From assembly GCA_964016885.1 (NCBI GenBank), contig OZ024741.1, positions 16,740,001 through 16,804,000 of the forward strand: a DNA stretch of 64,000 nt. Direction: 5' to 3'. The stretch comes from Eledone cirrhosa (lineage: Eukaryota). This document shows, piece after piece, positions 26,400 through 38,517 of the stretch. How positions within the stretch are numbered: position 1 is the first letter of the stretch; each line of letters starts with the position of its first letter. The position numbers and the translations under genes are program-made. The notes beneath the pieces are model-generated. The model did no database searches, was not told the DNA's origin, and saw only the letters and a program-made list of their open reading frames with translations.

Positions 26400-27304
26400 G
26401 ATTTCACCACATATAAAAACTCACCACATCACTCCTTGCTTGAAAACTTTAAGAAAGACCTATTTGACTTAATCAAACACCTCAGATTTAAGGAATATAA
26501 ATCCAATTTTCAAAAGGATCTTGACTATACCCTATTGGAACTAAAAAAATCTAGCAAAGTCCACGCAACTCTGACAAGACTGGAAATCTATACCACATGG
26601 ATATTGATAAATACAATGAGTTAATTTATAAGGAACTCAGGAAAAATTATAAAAAAACAAATAATGCGGCTCTTACCAATATCAACAACAAAACATACAA
26701 CATAGTAAATAAACTCAATATTGAAGATAGAACTGAACCTTTGGCACTGAAAAAACCACACTTTAACCTGAAGGATCACAAATCTAACTTTAACTTTAAT
26801 CCTTCTATAAGGCTTATATGCCCTTCCAAATCTGACATTGGCATCATTAGCAAAATAATTCTGGATAGAATTATCCCACAATTAAGAAAACACGTTAAGT
26901 TACCACTCTGGGAAAACACATCCCAAGTAATTAACTGGTTTACTAATATTAGAAATAAATCATCTGCTTCATTTCTACAATTTGATATAGATGCTTATTA
27001 TTACTCTATATCACCCATACTCCTGAACAAAGCCTTGATATTTGCTAAAAATAGATCAAACTTAACTATGGATGACATTAATATTATCACGCACGCTAGA
27101 CAAACACTACTGGAGTTTCAGAAGGAATACTGGACCAGAAATACATATAGTAATCTCTTCGACATAACTATGGGCTCTAGTGATTCTACCGATCTTGTGG
27201 GCCTTTTTCTTCTATTTAACATTAATTCATCTTTTCCCCACCTTAAAGGTGGTTTATATCGTGATGACTGTCTTCTATCCTCTAATCTTAGCCTATCTAC
27301 TCCA
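26400..27304 (+). mobile_element. PLE RT N-terminal fragment
   Basis: LKDHK, RLICPSKSDIG, QFDIDAYY, MGSSDS, GLYRDD. Confidence 0.9.
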
Positions 27305-28925
27305 TAGGTTAGCAGAGGAGATTCCAGGGATAGGCGGGGGGATATATAGAGACGACGCCTTATTTACCTTCTGCTCACTAAACTATCCAGCTGGAGCGCA
27401 TGCAGAAGTGCATCTCATATTTCTTTAAGCAGCACAGCTTATCCGTGCTAATAGAAAATAGCACTAAGACGGTAAACTTCCTAGACGTATCCTTAGAACT
27501 GGATACAGGCTTATACAGACCATATCACAAGCCCAACAATAACCTGCAGTACGTAAAACAGGCACTCAAACCACCCCAAGTCGGTTATAGATGCTATAGT
27601 AAAGGGGGTATCCACCCACGTATCCACATTGTCCGCCGGATGTGTTCAATCAGCATGCCGACTACTACAACGAGGCTCTGGGCAGAGCCGGTTACACAGA
27701 AGCCATAGTGTACACCCCGGACAAGAGCAGACCGCATAACGAGGAACGCAAACACTTGGATACTATTAGTAATAGCATAGGCAGACAATCTACCCGTAAG
27801 CACACATAAAAGTATAGATAGGAGTATTACACACGACAGTGATGGCAGCACGACATGTAGACAGAAGAGGGCGCACGGGAACCCTAGGGACCCCAGTATA
27901 TACAGACTGAACCGTAGTAACAGCACAGACCAGGACGGGGAAACCAAAGATAGTGAAGTAGATAACGCTGCACGGAACTTTGAACATGATGGGGATAACA
28001 CCAAGATTAAGAATAGCAACAATGATACGGCAGGATACTCGGGTAGCAGGACAGGAACGAAAACTAGGGCTAGTAAACGTGTCCAGAACAACATGGTGAG
28101 TGAATGCCTTTCCACAGACTTAAGTTATAGTTCTAAGCATAGGGATAGAATAGGAGATCAAATAGGAGTAGGGTGTAACCCGAGAGAACATGACACTGCA
28201 CACACTACTAGTAGCAGACCACAAAATAGAAACAGACCTAGAAACATAACATGGTTCAATGCACCATACTCAAAGCATGTAAGCACTAAGGTGCCAAGTC
28301 TCTTTTTGAGGGCATTGGATGAGTGTTTCTCGACTTCACACAGCTACCACAAAATATTCAACCGACACACCGTGAAGTTCTCATTTTCCATGGTACCCAA
28401 CATGGCGGACTACATGGCCAAGGCCAACGCAATGAAATTGAGGACACCCCACCGAGAAACCTTACAGGCTTCAGACACGTCGGGGGGGGGGGGGGGGGGC
28501 TAGTGGCTCCGGAGATGTGCCTGGGGTAGAGCTGTGGCCGTGGAGGACGCAAAACCTGACAACAGAGACCAGCTGGTGGTGAACACTGAGTCCACAACTC
28601 TGCCAGAACACCACATGAGGACCAGGGGGAACCCAAATAAGACGTCAGGCTCACATAAAGGGAATGACAAAAATGATGCACGGGCATGTAACTGCCGTGT
28701 AGGAGAGGTGTGCTCTCTGCAGGGAATGTGCCTGCCAAAGAGCGTTGTCTACAGATGTGTAGTTACCACGCACAATGATAGGCACACATACATCAGAGAG
28801 ACATCCACGACTTTGAAATTGAGGATGTACAACCACAAGAACTCGTTCAAAGGCAGGAACAAGAGACACTCCACCAGACAGGCGGATCTAATATGGGGAC
28901 TCAAAGACAGTGGCACAGAGTTTGA
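27305..28925 (+). mobile_element. Second PLE fragment (end of RT, long low-complexity linkers, partial GIY-YIG)
   Basis: GGIYRDD, VNFLDVSL, WFNAPY, CNC..VVYRC..HTYI. Confidence 0.85.
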
Positions 28926-31191
28926 CAAGACAAAACACTATCACCCGGCACTAATTTTGAGTTGACATTGCAACTCCAAGAGATGTTACATGCAAAAGAC
29001 AGTTATGTGCAGAGTTTTAAGTATGTGTTAGAAACAGCATCACTCTCCAATTTTACTGTTGTCATTAATGCTGTCAAACGGCCATCTGGAGAGCATGCTG
29101 GCTGCTATAATCTGCCTACATGCAATGAAATCACCATTGTACTTGAAGGTGAGCAGCAAAATCCAAGGGACATCGTTCTCACGTGTCGCGACAACACTCT
29201 TAAGCAAATCAGGAAAACCCACAGATCCTACGACGCGCTACAATACCCCTTGCTCTTCGTGAATGGAGAAGACGGTTACCATTTGGGTATTCACCAGCGT
29301 AATCCCCACAGACCAGACGAGTGCAGTAGCAAACAAGTTTCCTGCATGGAGTTCTACGCATACTGCTTCATGACCCGAAGCAACTGCCTGAATCATCTCT
29401 ACAATTCATGCGAGCTATTCCATCAATTTGCAGTCAACATGTGCGCCAAGATGGAGTCCGAGAGGCTGCGCTACATCAGGTACAACCAACAAAAGCTGCG
29501 TTCAGAGAGTTACATTCACCTTCGAGATGGTATCAACAATGACGTTGCTCCGGGAGGCTTAGGGCAGGTGTGCATTTTGCCTTCCACCTTCACCGGGGGA
29601 CCGCGGCATATGCATGAGAGGACACAAGACACCATGACATATGTGCACCACTACGGTCAGCCCAACTTATTCATTACCTTTACCTGCAATCTCAAGTGGA
29701 AGGAGATCGAGGCTGGACTCTTCCAAGGTCAGAAGGCCAAAGACAGGCATGACCTTCTAGCCAGGGTCTTCCGACTGAAGTTACAGAAACTCATGGACCT
29801 TATCAAGAAAGGGCAGGTATTTGGGCCTGTAAAATGCGACATGTACACAGTTGAGTGACAAAAAAGGGGTCTGCCACATGCCCATATTCTTATTTGGATG
29901 TCAACAAAGATTAACTCCATCAACATTGACAGGCTTATCTCTGCAAAACTCCCCAACCCCTCTGTTGACAGTGCGGGCAAACATGGTTCGTGGTCCATGC
30001 AGGCGTGGATTTAACCTACACTCACCTTCACAGATTCGGTTTGAAGCAAAAAATTTCAGAAGCAGACTAGCAAAGATGGCGGGTTTACAGTGCACATTCG
30101 GCCGTACAAAGTAGACAACAAGTGGATACTGCCCTACTGCCCTATTCTGTCCGGGGCGTTCAATGCTCATGTCAACGTAGAGTTTTGCAACTCCGTGAAG
30201 TCAATCAAATATTTCTGCAAGTACATCAATAAGGGCTCACACGCTGCTATGTTTGGTTTGCAGCAAGATGGCAATTGGGACGTAGACAGACCCTTCCCAT
30301 TATTCCCAAGGGAACCAGGGCAGATGAAGTCCGGGCGTGCCTCAAGTCCTCTCCGTTGTGGTAAAAGGTTAACAACATTGACCCTGACAACTAATATGAG
30401 AGCCCAACTGCACGGCAACCAACTGGCAGCAGAGTTTACTTCGGATATTTTGTCACTTGGTGATGGCAAGATTACCCTCGATGGAGATGGCATTGTCATT
30501 CAGTCCGATTTGTACCACTGTCAACACAGTCAAGGACCTCAAGGCTCAGGTGTTTCCCAGTCTTCCTGATAACTACCAAGACGTGAATTGCTTATGCGAC
30601 AGAGCTATTTTAGCTCCAAAAAACAGCACAGTGAACGCTATCAACGACCATCTGTTGCAATCTCTCCCCGGAACGCTGCATATTTACAAGTCCGTCGATA
30701 CAATCCCCGACCAAGACCAAGCGGTAAACTACCCTGTTGAATTCCTCAATTCGGTAGAACCTCCTGGACTGCCTCCTCATAGACTGGGACTAAAAACTGG
30801 AACTCCAGTAATGCTTCTTAGGAATTTGGACCCTCCAAAAATTTGCAACGGCACACATCTGGTTATAAAGAAGGTAATGCAGCACATCGTTGAATCCACC
30901 ATTATTTCAGGGTGTAGAAAAGGAGAGGATGTGTTCGTTCCCAGAATACCACTCATTCCATCAGGTGCAGAAATTCTGTTTACCTTCAGACGCCTTCAAT
31001 TCCCACTTGCCATGTTTATCAACAAGTCCCAGGAGCAGACACTTTTGGTGGCAGGACTTCACTTGGAAGAATCATGCTTCTCACATGGTCAACTATATGT
31101 AGGCTGCTCCAGAGTGTGGAGCAAAGGAAGTCTTTTCACGTACACTCCACGAGGGAAAACAAACATTGTCTACCAAGAGGTTTTACGCTAA
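28926..31191 (+). mobile_element. Internally deleted Helitron Rep-helicase
   Basis: YDALQYPLLF..GEDG, LPSTFTGGPR, FITFTCN, QKRGLPHAH (HUH), HVNVEFC..SIKY; PIF1 C-terminus ILAPKN, LLRNLD..CNGT, INKSQ, SHGQLYV.CSRV. Confidence 0.93.
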
Positions 31192-31380
31192 GATGCCATG
31201 TGTGCTCAAACGGACTAAATCAAGGTAAGGTTTTATACTACTGCCCCTATACAATTTCGAATATATATATATATATGTGTGTAAATGAAGCAATTCCGTC
31301 GGAAAGGTCCAGGAAAAAAGAGTGCTCTATGTAGGTCACAGAGCTTATTAGTTATGTAATAAACAACATAAGATAATTAT

Positions 31381-31437
31381 TTCATTTACCAGTGGTTTCT
31401 TGAAAGCAAACAAATTTGCTTTCAGTCATTAGAATGA
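31381..31437 (-). ncRNA. Hammerhead copy with G5A core mutation (likely inactive)
   Basis: Reverse complement of 32520-32576, but the core reads CUAAUGA. Confidence 0.75.
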
Positions 31438-32517
31438 TGTTGCGATGGGTTCATATGACAGTGCTGATGTGTGTGACTTAGTAGGATTATTCCTTCTCCA
31501 CACCCTTAAAGAAAAATTTCCTTCCCATAATATCGGTTTATACTGAGACGACGGATTGGCAGTTTCTCATACCACCAACGGCCATAACCTTGATAAATTC
31601 CATAAAGATTTAATCAATACTTTTGCTAACCTAAACCTTAAAATTACTATAGATACGAACCTTACCAATGCTAACTTTCTTGACATTAATCTTGATCTAC
31701 TTACTGCCTCTTTTAAACCTTTTCATAAACCTAACGAGAATCTAAGATATATACACAAAGAGTCTTGCCATCCCCCTATAGTTTAAAAAAGTCTTATTCC
31801 TAATATTAGCCGAAGGATTTCTACCTTATCTTCATCCCTAGACATTTATTATAATAAGGCCCTCAATAACAGCGGCTTTACAGAACATATTAAATATTTA
31901 CCTACTCCTCCCCCTAAAACTAATCACAATAATAGGAAAAGGAAAATTATTTGGTTTACACCCCACCCCTTCGCTCTAACTGTCAAAACTAATGTAGGAA
32001 GGAAATTCCTTGACCTCCTAGACAAATATTTTCCCCCAATCATAGATATTATAAGATATTTAATAGAAATGTAGTTAAAATCAGTTACTCTTGCTGTCCA
32101 TCAATGAAGTCTAAAATTACCAACTCTAATCGTACGAGAGTAAATCCAGGATGCAGTTGCAGGAAGCCGGAAGAATGCCCATTACAGGGCAAATGTAATA
32201 CCAAATCCGTTGTATATGAGGCTAAATTGACACCGTTGATTAACAACCAGCCAGCCAGGAGTGAACGATATGTTGGCATGACTCAGGACAGGTTCAAAAC
32301 GAGGTTTTATGCACATGTCACTTCTTTTAAACACTCTGATAAAAGAACAGCAATGGCTCTCGCAAATAAGGTGTGGGAATTCAAAGACAAAAACATCCCG
32401 TACTCTATCGATTGGTCTATTTTAGACTATTCGAGGGAATACCAAAGGGGCACAAAGAATTCTTATTTATTATATTTTTGTTTTTCAAATCCACATCCAA
32501 TAAAAACACCAGGATTT

Positions 32518-32577
32518 TTTCATTCTGATGACTGAAAGCAAATTTGTTTGCTTTCAAGAAACCACTGGTAAATGAAA
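32518..32577 (+). ncRNA. Type I hammerhead ribozyme, canonical core
   Basis: uuucauu-CUGAUGA-c-ugaaagcaaa-uuug-uuugcuuuca-a-GAAACC-ACU-GGUA-aaugaaa. Confidence 0.88.
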
Positions 32578-32633
32578 TAATTATCTTGTGTTGTTTATTA
32601 CATAACTATATATATATATATAATATATATATA

Positions 32634-33093
32634 TGAAGTGAAATATGTCCATGCCTTGAACCCAGAGTGACACAGAAAGGTCAAATTCTGGGTCACCTCC
32701 TTTTCGGCGTAAACATGTTCGTGTGTGGGCGATCCCTTGAGGCAGGAAACAGTATACGACAGGTATAAATAGCCTGTATCATCCCACTTCTAACTCAGAG
32801 AGATCGGAGCAGTACACGAGAGAATAGCTATGTAAAACATTCACCTCTAACTACAGGCCACTGGGGTCTACAGACAACCACAGACCTTTACTCTCTCTCT
32901 CCTGGTCTCAGACTACACCAGCATCATGAAGCAACATCAAAAACACCTTCAGCTGTTATAACTCTAAATAACCTGTTCTTTGTTCATTTATGAAGTGAAG
33001 TAAACCTTTTATATCAAAAGTAAACCAGCTATTCTTGTTATTTCTTCTAATGATAACTACTAACCACCTTCGCTTCAATTGGTGATCCTGCCG
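32634..33093 (+). mobile_element. LTR (32634-33077) followed by a tRNA primer-binding site; internal region missing
   Basis: TGAAG...CTTCA termini, TATAAAT at 32764, then AT and TGGTGATCCTGCCG, which resembles a tRNA-Trp PBS. Confidence 0.75.
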
Positions 33094-33904
33094 CGGGAAC
33101 GAAATGTCCCTCTAAAAAAACAATAAGTGGTATTTTAAAAAAGAAAACAACACGCAACCTTTCTTGTGTTGTATCGACACACCATGTAAAAACTTTTTTT
33201 TGTTGATATGCTGACATGACATCATGTTGTTTACCTTCAATGAATTCGCATAAGAAAGCATTTCTTGAAGAAAAATTAGCTGTATTTTAAAAAAAATACA
33301 GCGCGAAAAAATTTTTTTTTTAAACATGGCTTCCATTGGCAACATCAACAACTTTCTCCACAGATGCCACATATATATATAATAACACATTTTGAACTGT
33401 TTATCCTCAAGAACTATAGCTGTAAATAATATTATTCTTTCTTTCCCATTACCTTATCATGTTCCACACCACCCCCTTTTTTTCTTTTTTCTTTTTACTT
33501 CAAAAACCTTGTTTGTAAATAATATTATTCTTTCTTTCCCATTTCCTGAACATGTTCAACATCACATTATTTTCTTTCCAACATTTTTTACCAATACAAA
33601 TGCCCCCTTTGATAATGCATAAAATGCTGAAACTGGTATAGACAATTCTTAAATATATAAATAAATAAATGCCATTGTTAATTAATAAATAAATTAACTA
33701 ATACCTTAACACTTCACGCAAAATAAAATATTTTGTTTTAAACATTTTCTAACCCAACAAATGAGAAAAAAATAAAAGGAAAAAAATATATTTTTCTTCC
33801 TAATAATCGTCTTTTTCTCCCTATTTTCATATATATATATATTTTTGAATAGCGCCAGTTCGTAATTTGAACTCGGGAATTTTATATTCTCCGAGTGAAA
33901 AGAT

Positions 33905-33988
33905 CCTTCTGACGAGAGTTTATCTTTGCAATGGATGCCGTAAGCACTGTCCGTTTATTTTTGAGACTCGAAACCGATTCGGTAAAGG
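33905..33988 (+). ncRNA. Type I hammerhead ribozyme with canonical core, in an orphan pLTR-like segment
   Basis: ccuu-CUGACGA-gaguuu..agacuc-GAAACCG-AUU-CGGUA-aagg. Confidence 0.85.
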
Positions 33989-34056
33989 TAACCATAGTGA
34001 GTAAAGTTAATTTTTTAAAATTTATTTTGAAACTTTTTCTTATTTGCTAAACCTTG

Positions 34057-34089
<33 letters not shown>

Positions 34090-34091
<2 letters not shown>

Positions 34092-37000
34092 CGGATTACA
34101 GAGTCAAGTCAGATCAATACAGATCAAACCTTGAGCTGATCAGTGGCGAAACGCGCGTCACCAAACAATAAATGTAATGAAGGAGTAACCAATCATCCTT
34201 GTTATCTTATTTAACTATAATACACTCTGTATAGCTCTGCATCTCGACACTAAAGTGAACCTAAACATTGAGTGCTCACCCAGGTGAACCTACAGTAACT
34301 CCAAGTTACACTCTCTGGATACATAGCTCATACCTAGTTGAGCACTTACCTGGAACACCATGAAATTGTTCCACAACACTTCCTCCCTAAAGGATATACC
34401 TATACCCTCGGATGATGTATACATGAACCTTCTACTAATGCAGACCAACAATGTCATTAGAAGGATCTGACAACAATTCTACCAACCACCTGAAAAGAAT
34501 ATTGAAATCGAGGAAAAACCCATCGCACAACCCACTCCTAGAGGAGTTTGAGGACAGGATTATTACCATGGTCCGGAGTATTAAATTTAGAAAACCTCTG
34601 CAAAATCCTGACAGAAGTCCATTCCTGCCTGAGCTCACATCCACCGTACAGAAGGTCAGGAAAAGCCCTGGCATCATCCTACCGGTAGATAAGACCGGAA
34701 ACATCTATAATTTGGAGTACAAAACCTACAAGAAATGCATCACAAACGAACTAGCTAAAATATACAAAACATCAACACAGGAAAACCTAGCACACAAACA
34801 AACAGGCAAAAACGATAATGACCATAGACGACAGGACACAACCATACAACCCTAGACACCGAGGATATCGATTAAGGGCCACAAGCCGGACTTTCAGTCC
34901 AAACTACCTGTCAGACTCATAGCTCCCTCTAAATCAGACCTAGGTAGACTAAGCAAATGCATCATTGACCGGATAATGCCAGAACTAAGAAATAGGACTA
35001 AACTCAGCCCCTGGTCTTGTACAAAAGAGGTAATCGACTGGTTCTCCGGCATTGAAACCAAATCAGACATTCGATTCGTCCAAATGGACATTGCGAACTA
35101 TTATTCCTCTATATCCCCGGTCATCCTAAACAAGGCACTGATCTTTGCCATGAACAGATCAAGCCTCACCAGAAAGGAAGTAGCCATCATACTAGTAGCT
35201 AGGAAAACTTTAATTGAATTTGACGGTAAATTATGGAAACGACAAAATAGACCAGATAGCTTCGACATTACTATGGGGTCTAGTGACTCCACACAGGTTA
35301 CGGATGTAGTAGGCCTATACCTCCTAAATATAATAACGGATGCACAAGGCACTACAGATGTCGTGGCTATCCACTGCAGCCAAGGAAGTCCCTGGTCGTG
35401 ATGGTCCTCCGTACCACCGGATTCTGGCTTCTGCGGCCGAGTGAGTGCACTGGCCGTCCCCCTATAAACCTTTCCCGCACAGGTTTCTTCTTTAGCGTGC
35501 ACTCCCAAAGCCCTGCGGCAATGGGTGAGAGGTGGAGGTAACCTCTGCGAGTTGCCAGTCTCAAACCCATATGTGAGCGGCCGGGATGCGCAAGTCGTTC
35601 TCCTGACCCTGGGATGACAGAAGATCAGGCGTTCCACTGGGCGACTGAGCAGCCCTTTTCAGGGGAACAATTCTCACCCTCGCACGAGGGGGGGAGGGGG
35701 GAGAAAGGCATCAACAGCGGGCCCCAAGCAACTCCAGTCTCCTCCCCTGCCTCACTGTCCTTGTAAGTCAAGGATCGGCCTCCACAACCACCTTCGTGCC
35801 CATGGCAGACGGGAACTAAAATAAAGAAGATGTCATCATCATTTACGATGGACAACCAAGATAATAACGGATGAGATCCCCACCATGGGCGGAGGCTTGT
35901 ACCGGGATGACGCCCTACTCATGCCCCGCGGACTCAATAATAGCCAATTAGATAGACTACACAAACAACTTAGATATATCTGTAAGACCCAAGGTTTAGC
36001 GGTAGAAATAGAACCCAACTGTAGGACAGTAAACTTCTTAGACGTCACATTAGAATTATACACCGGTCTCTACCGTCCATACCATAAACCAAACAAAAAC
36101 CTAAAATATGTCAACAGACACTCCAACCACCCTAGGAACATAATTAACTCAATAGTTAAAAGCGTTTCCTATAGAGTGTCAAACCTGTCGGCGAACAGAA
36201 CTATCTTCAACCAGCACGCGAAATACTATAACTCCACACTTGAAAAGGCTGGGTACAATGAAAAGATAACTTACAACGACGAAACTAGAACCACAACGCT
36301 GCTAAACCCAAACAGACCTTTAGAAACCCACATAGACGAGGACACCCCACCTAGAACTAACACTAAGCAAAGACCTCCTTTCGCCGACAGGACACACAAC
36401 TGTCAAGGAGATAAAGCTATACTCTCCAACCCCAGTAAGGACTCTGAATATCGCACACGACGACCCAGTAATAGAGACCCGAGACTTAACGACAATAGAA
36501 TAGCAAGAACCCCATGACAAATACGCTTGACCAAAACACACCCACGCAACCACTAAACCACACTAAACACTGTAAAGCTCGAAGCAGACCCGTGACATGG
36601 TACAACGCCCTGTACTCCATACACGTTGCCACCAATATACCGGGAACCTTCAGAGCTCTTGACCAATCCTTCACACCCACACATAAATACAAGCTCTTTA
36701 ATAGACACACTGTCAAATTCTCCTTCTCCACAACACCAAATCTAGGCGACAATAGCACAAGCAAATACATGAGAGCACCACAACCAACCACTATCACAAC
36801 CCAGAACGGAACAACAGGCACAACACAACATAACCTACATGCCAGCTCCACACACAATATGAACAACCGACAACATGGCAACAAACCCATAACCCCCAAC
36901 TACAACTGCAAAAGGCAGGTGGAATGCCCACTAAATGGGGAGTGCTTCGTTAAAAACATTGTTTATCGGTGCGATGTCACAGCGGGCCATAAAGAGTACT

Positions 37001-37180
37001 CCTACATAGGGACGACATCGACTATGTTTAAGGAACGCTTGTATAACCACAGAAGCTCCTTCAAACACAGGCCTAAACGATCCCAAACAAGACTGGCGGA
37101 CTTGATCTGGAATCTCAAAGACAAGAACTTAGAATACCAGATCAAGTGGTCAGTTAAAAGACGTGTCGCACATCTCCCCA
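34090..37180 (+). mobile_element. Decayed PLE (family of 9509-12052) with partial 5' pLTR, interrupted by an insertion
   Basis: Hammerhead 3' half GAAACGCGCGTC at 34148; VDKTG, QMDIANYY, MGSSDSTQVTDVVG, GLYRDD, IVY..YIG. Confidence 0.92.
35343..35860. mobile_element. 518-bp non-coding insertion with 13-bp TSD, probably a non-autonomous RTE-mobilised element
   Basis: ataataacggatg at 35330-35342 and 35861-35873. The PLE reading frame resumes across the insertion. Confidence 0.85.
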
Positions 37181-37885
37181 GATCCATAATTAAGGCTGTA
37201 GTCAAGAGTGTCTCAGGCAGGATCTCCAACCTGTCCGCCAATAAGGAGATCTTCGATAGCAATGCAGAGTATTGTAACGCAGCTCTAAATTAGGCAGCCC
37301 ATGGCCAAACTATATCTTACAACCCAAGGCGCCATGATAGGGATAGCCCATTGGACCGCCCGACCCATGGAGGAGGGGAACCCTAACAGTGCAGGCAGAG
37401 CGGAAGCCACTAAACCCCATGAACCTGGTACCACCACATTAGCAAAAAGGATGCACCTGCCTAGCCATGGGAGGAAACCCATTATGCAGAGTGATCTCAG
37501 GGGTGATATTAACCACCCCGGGCCCGACGCCACCAACCGCAAGACATGAAGCAGGACAGATGGAGGATCATCCCATTGTAGAACTCTCAACGTGGCCACA
37601 CACCACCCCACAGGTACGGGCCGGAAAGCTAGCAAAACACAGTGCACAAAGGGGAAACAACAATGCGGGAACCAGTAGCAACCCAACAACTCCCCAACAG
37701 CCCACAGCACGCTCAACCCACCCACATAGAAATAGAATAAGAAAAATTATGAGATACAACCCACCCTACTCAGTGGGCATAAAGACCAGCCTGGCCTTGT
37801 CATTCTTTAGGACACTAGATAAATGCTTCCCGAGGGAACACAGATCTTCAACAGGCACACTGTGAAGCTCTCGTATTCTACTACC
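37181..37885 (+). mobile_element. Additional PLE fragment (thumb/linker region)
   Basis: SIIKAVVKSVSGRISNLSANKEIF; YNPPYS..DKCFP..VKLSYST. Confidence 0.8.
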
Positions 37886-38242
37886 TGTATATTCCTTTCA
37901 TTCTCGCAAGCTCTGATGAATTGACTGGTTACAACTATGTATTAGTGATCGATTGACGCGAAAACAGGCGGGTAGCGATCTCTAGACCTACCAGTTCAGA
38001 GAAACAATTGTCAGCAATGTGATTAAAAACCTTTTTTGTATAGCAAACCGTGTCACTCTTCTTTCCTGATTTATCATTACTCCAAGTGTTTACAACATAG
38101 AAATCACCGCGTACTCGCAGCATCACTATGGAAACACCTTGTTGAGTCAAACTTAGCCAAGCGTTGATATCATCCACTACTCGGAGTACCCTAACTGGAC
38201 TACACCTAAGTGGACTACCTATAACAATAATATGTTACCCCG

Positions 38243-38303
<61 letters not shown>

Positions 38304-38305
<2 letters not shown>

Positions 38306-38351
38306 CCCATGCTAGCGTGGAAGATAGAAGTTAAACGATGATGATGATGAT
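38304..38351 (+). mobile_element. Ultra-short RTE/SINE 3' tail
   Basis: aacccatgctagcgtggaa..gttaaac(gat)n. Confidence 0.75.
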
Positions 38352-38361
38352 ATATATATTA

Positions 38362-38401
<40 letters not shown>

Positions 38402-38485
38402 AAAAATTGCATGGGAACAAAACAGAGAGGCAGTACGAACAAAGGTTTATTAGTTTCACGCTCGAGAGTGGGGTGGTGGTAGGGA

Positions 38486-38517
38486 ACGACGTTTCGGGCA
38501 TAAGCCCTTCTTCAGGT
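38486..38517 (-). ncRNA. Minimal PLE-type hammerhead ribozyme
   Basis: ac-CUGAAGA-a-gggc-uuau-gccc-GAAACGUC-gu; stem I is very short. Confidence 0.7.

Larger units (their letters stand above)
31349..32608 (+). mobile_element. 5'-truncated PLE bounded by ~89-bp inverted pLTR ends (31349-31437 and 32520-32608)
   Basis: MGSYDSADVCDLVG, NFLDINL, CSC..CPL..VVY..YVG. The ends are reverse complements. Confidence 0.92.

Noticed and set aside
31541-31552. In-frame TGA in the PLE YRDD motif as selenocysteine recoding
   Set aside because: It falls at a conserved Arg, is best explained by CGA>TGA decay, and no SECIS was seen
33112-33622. Short ORFs and a 30-bp repeat in an AT-rich tract
   Set aside because: No recognisable motif; probably old repeat debris
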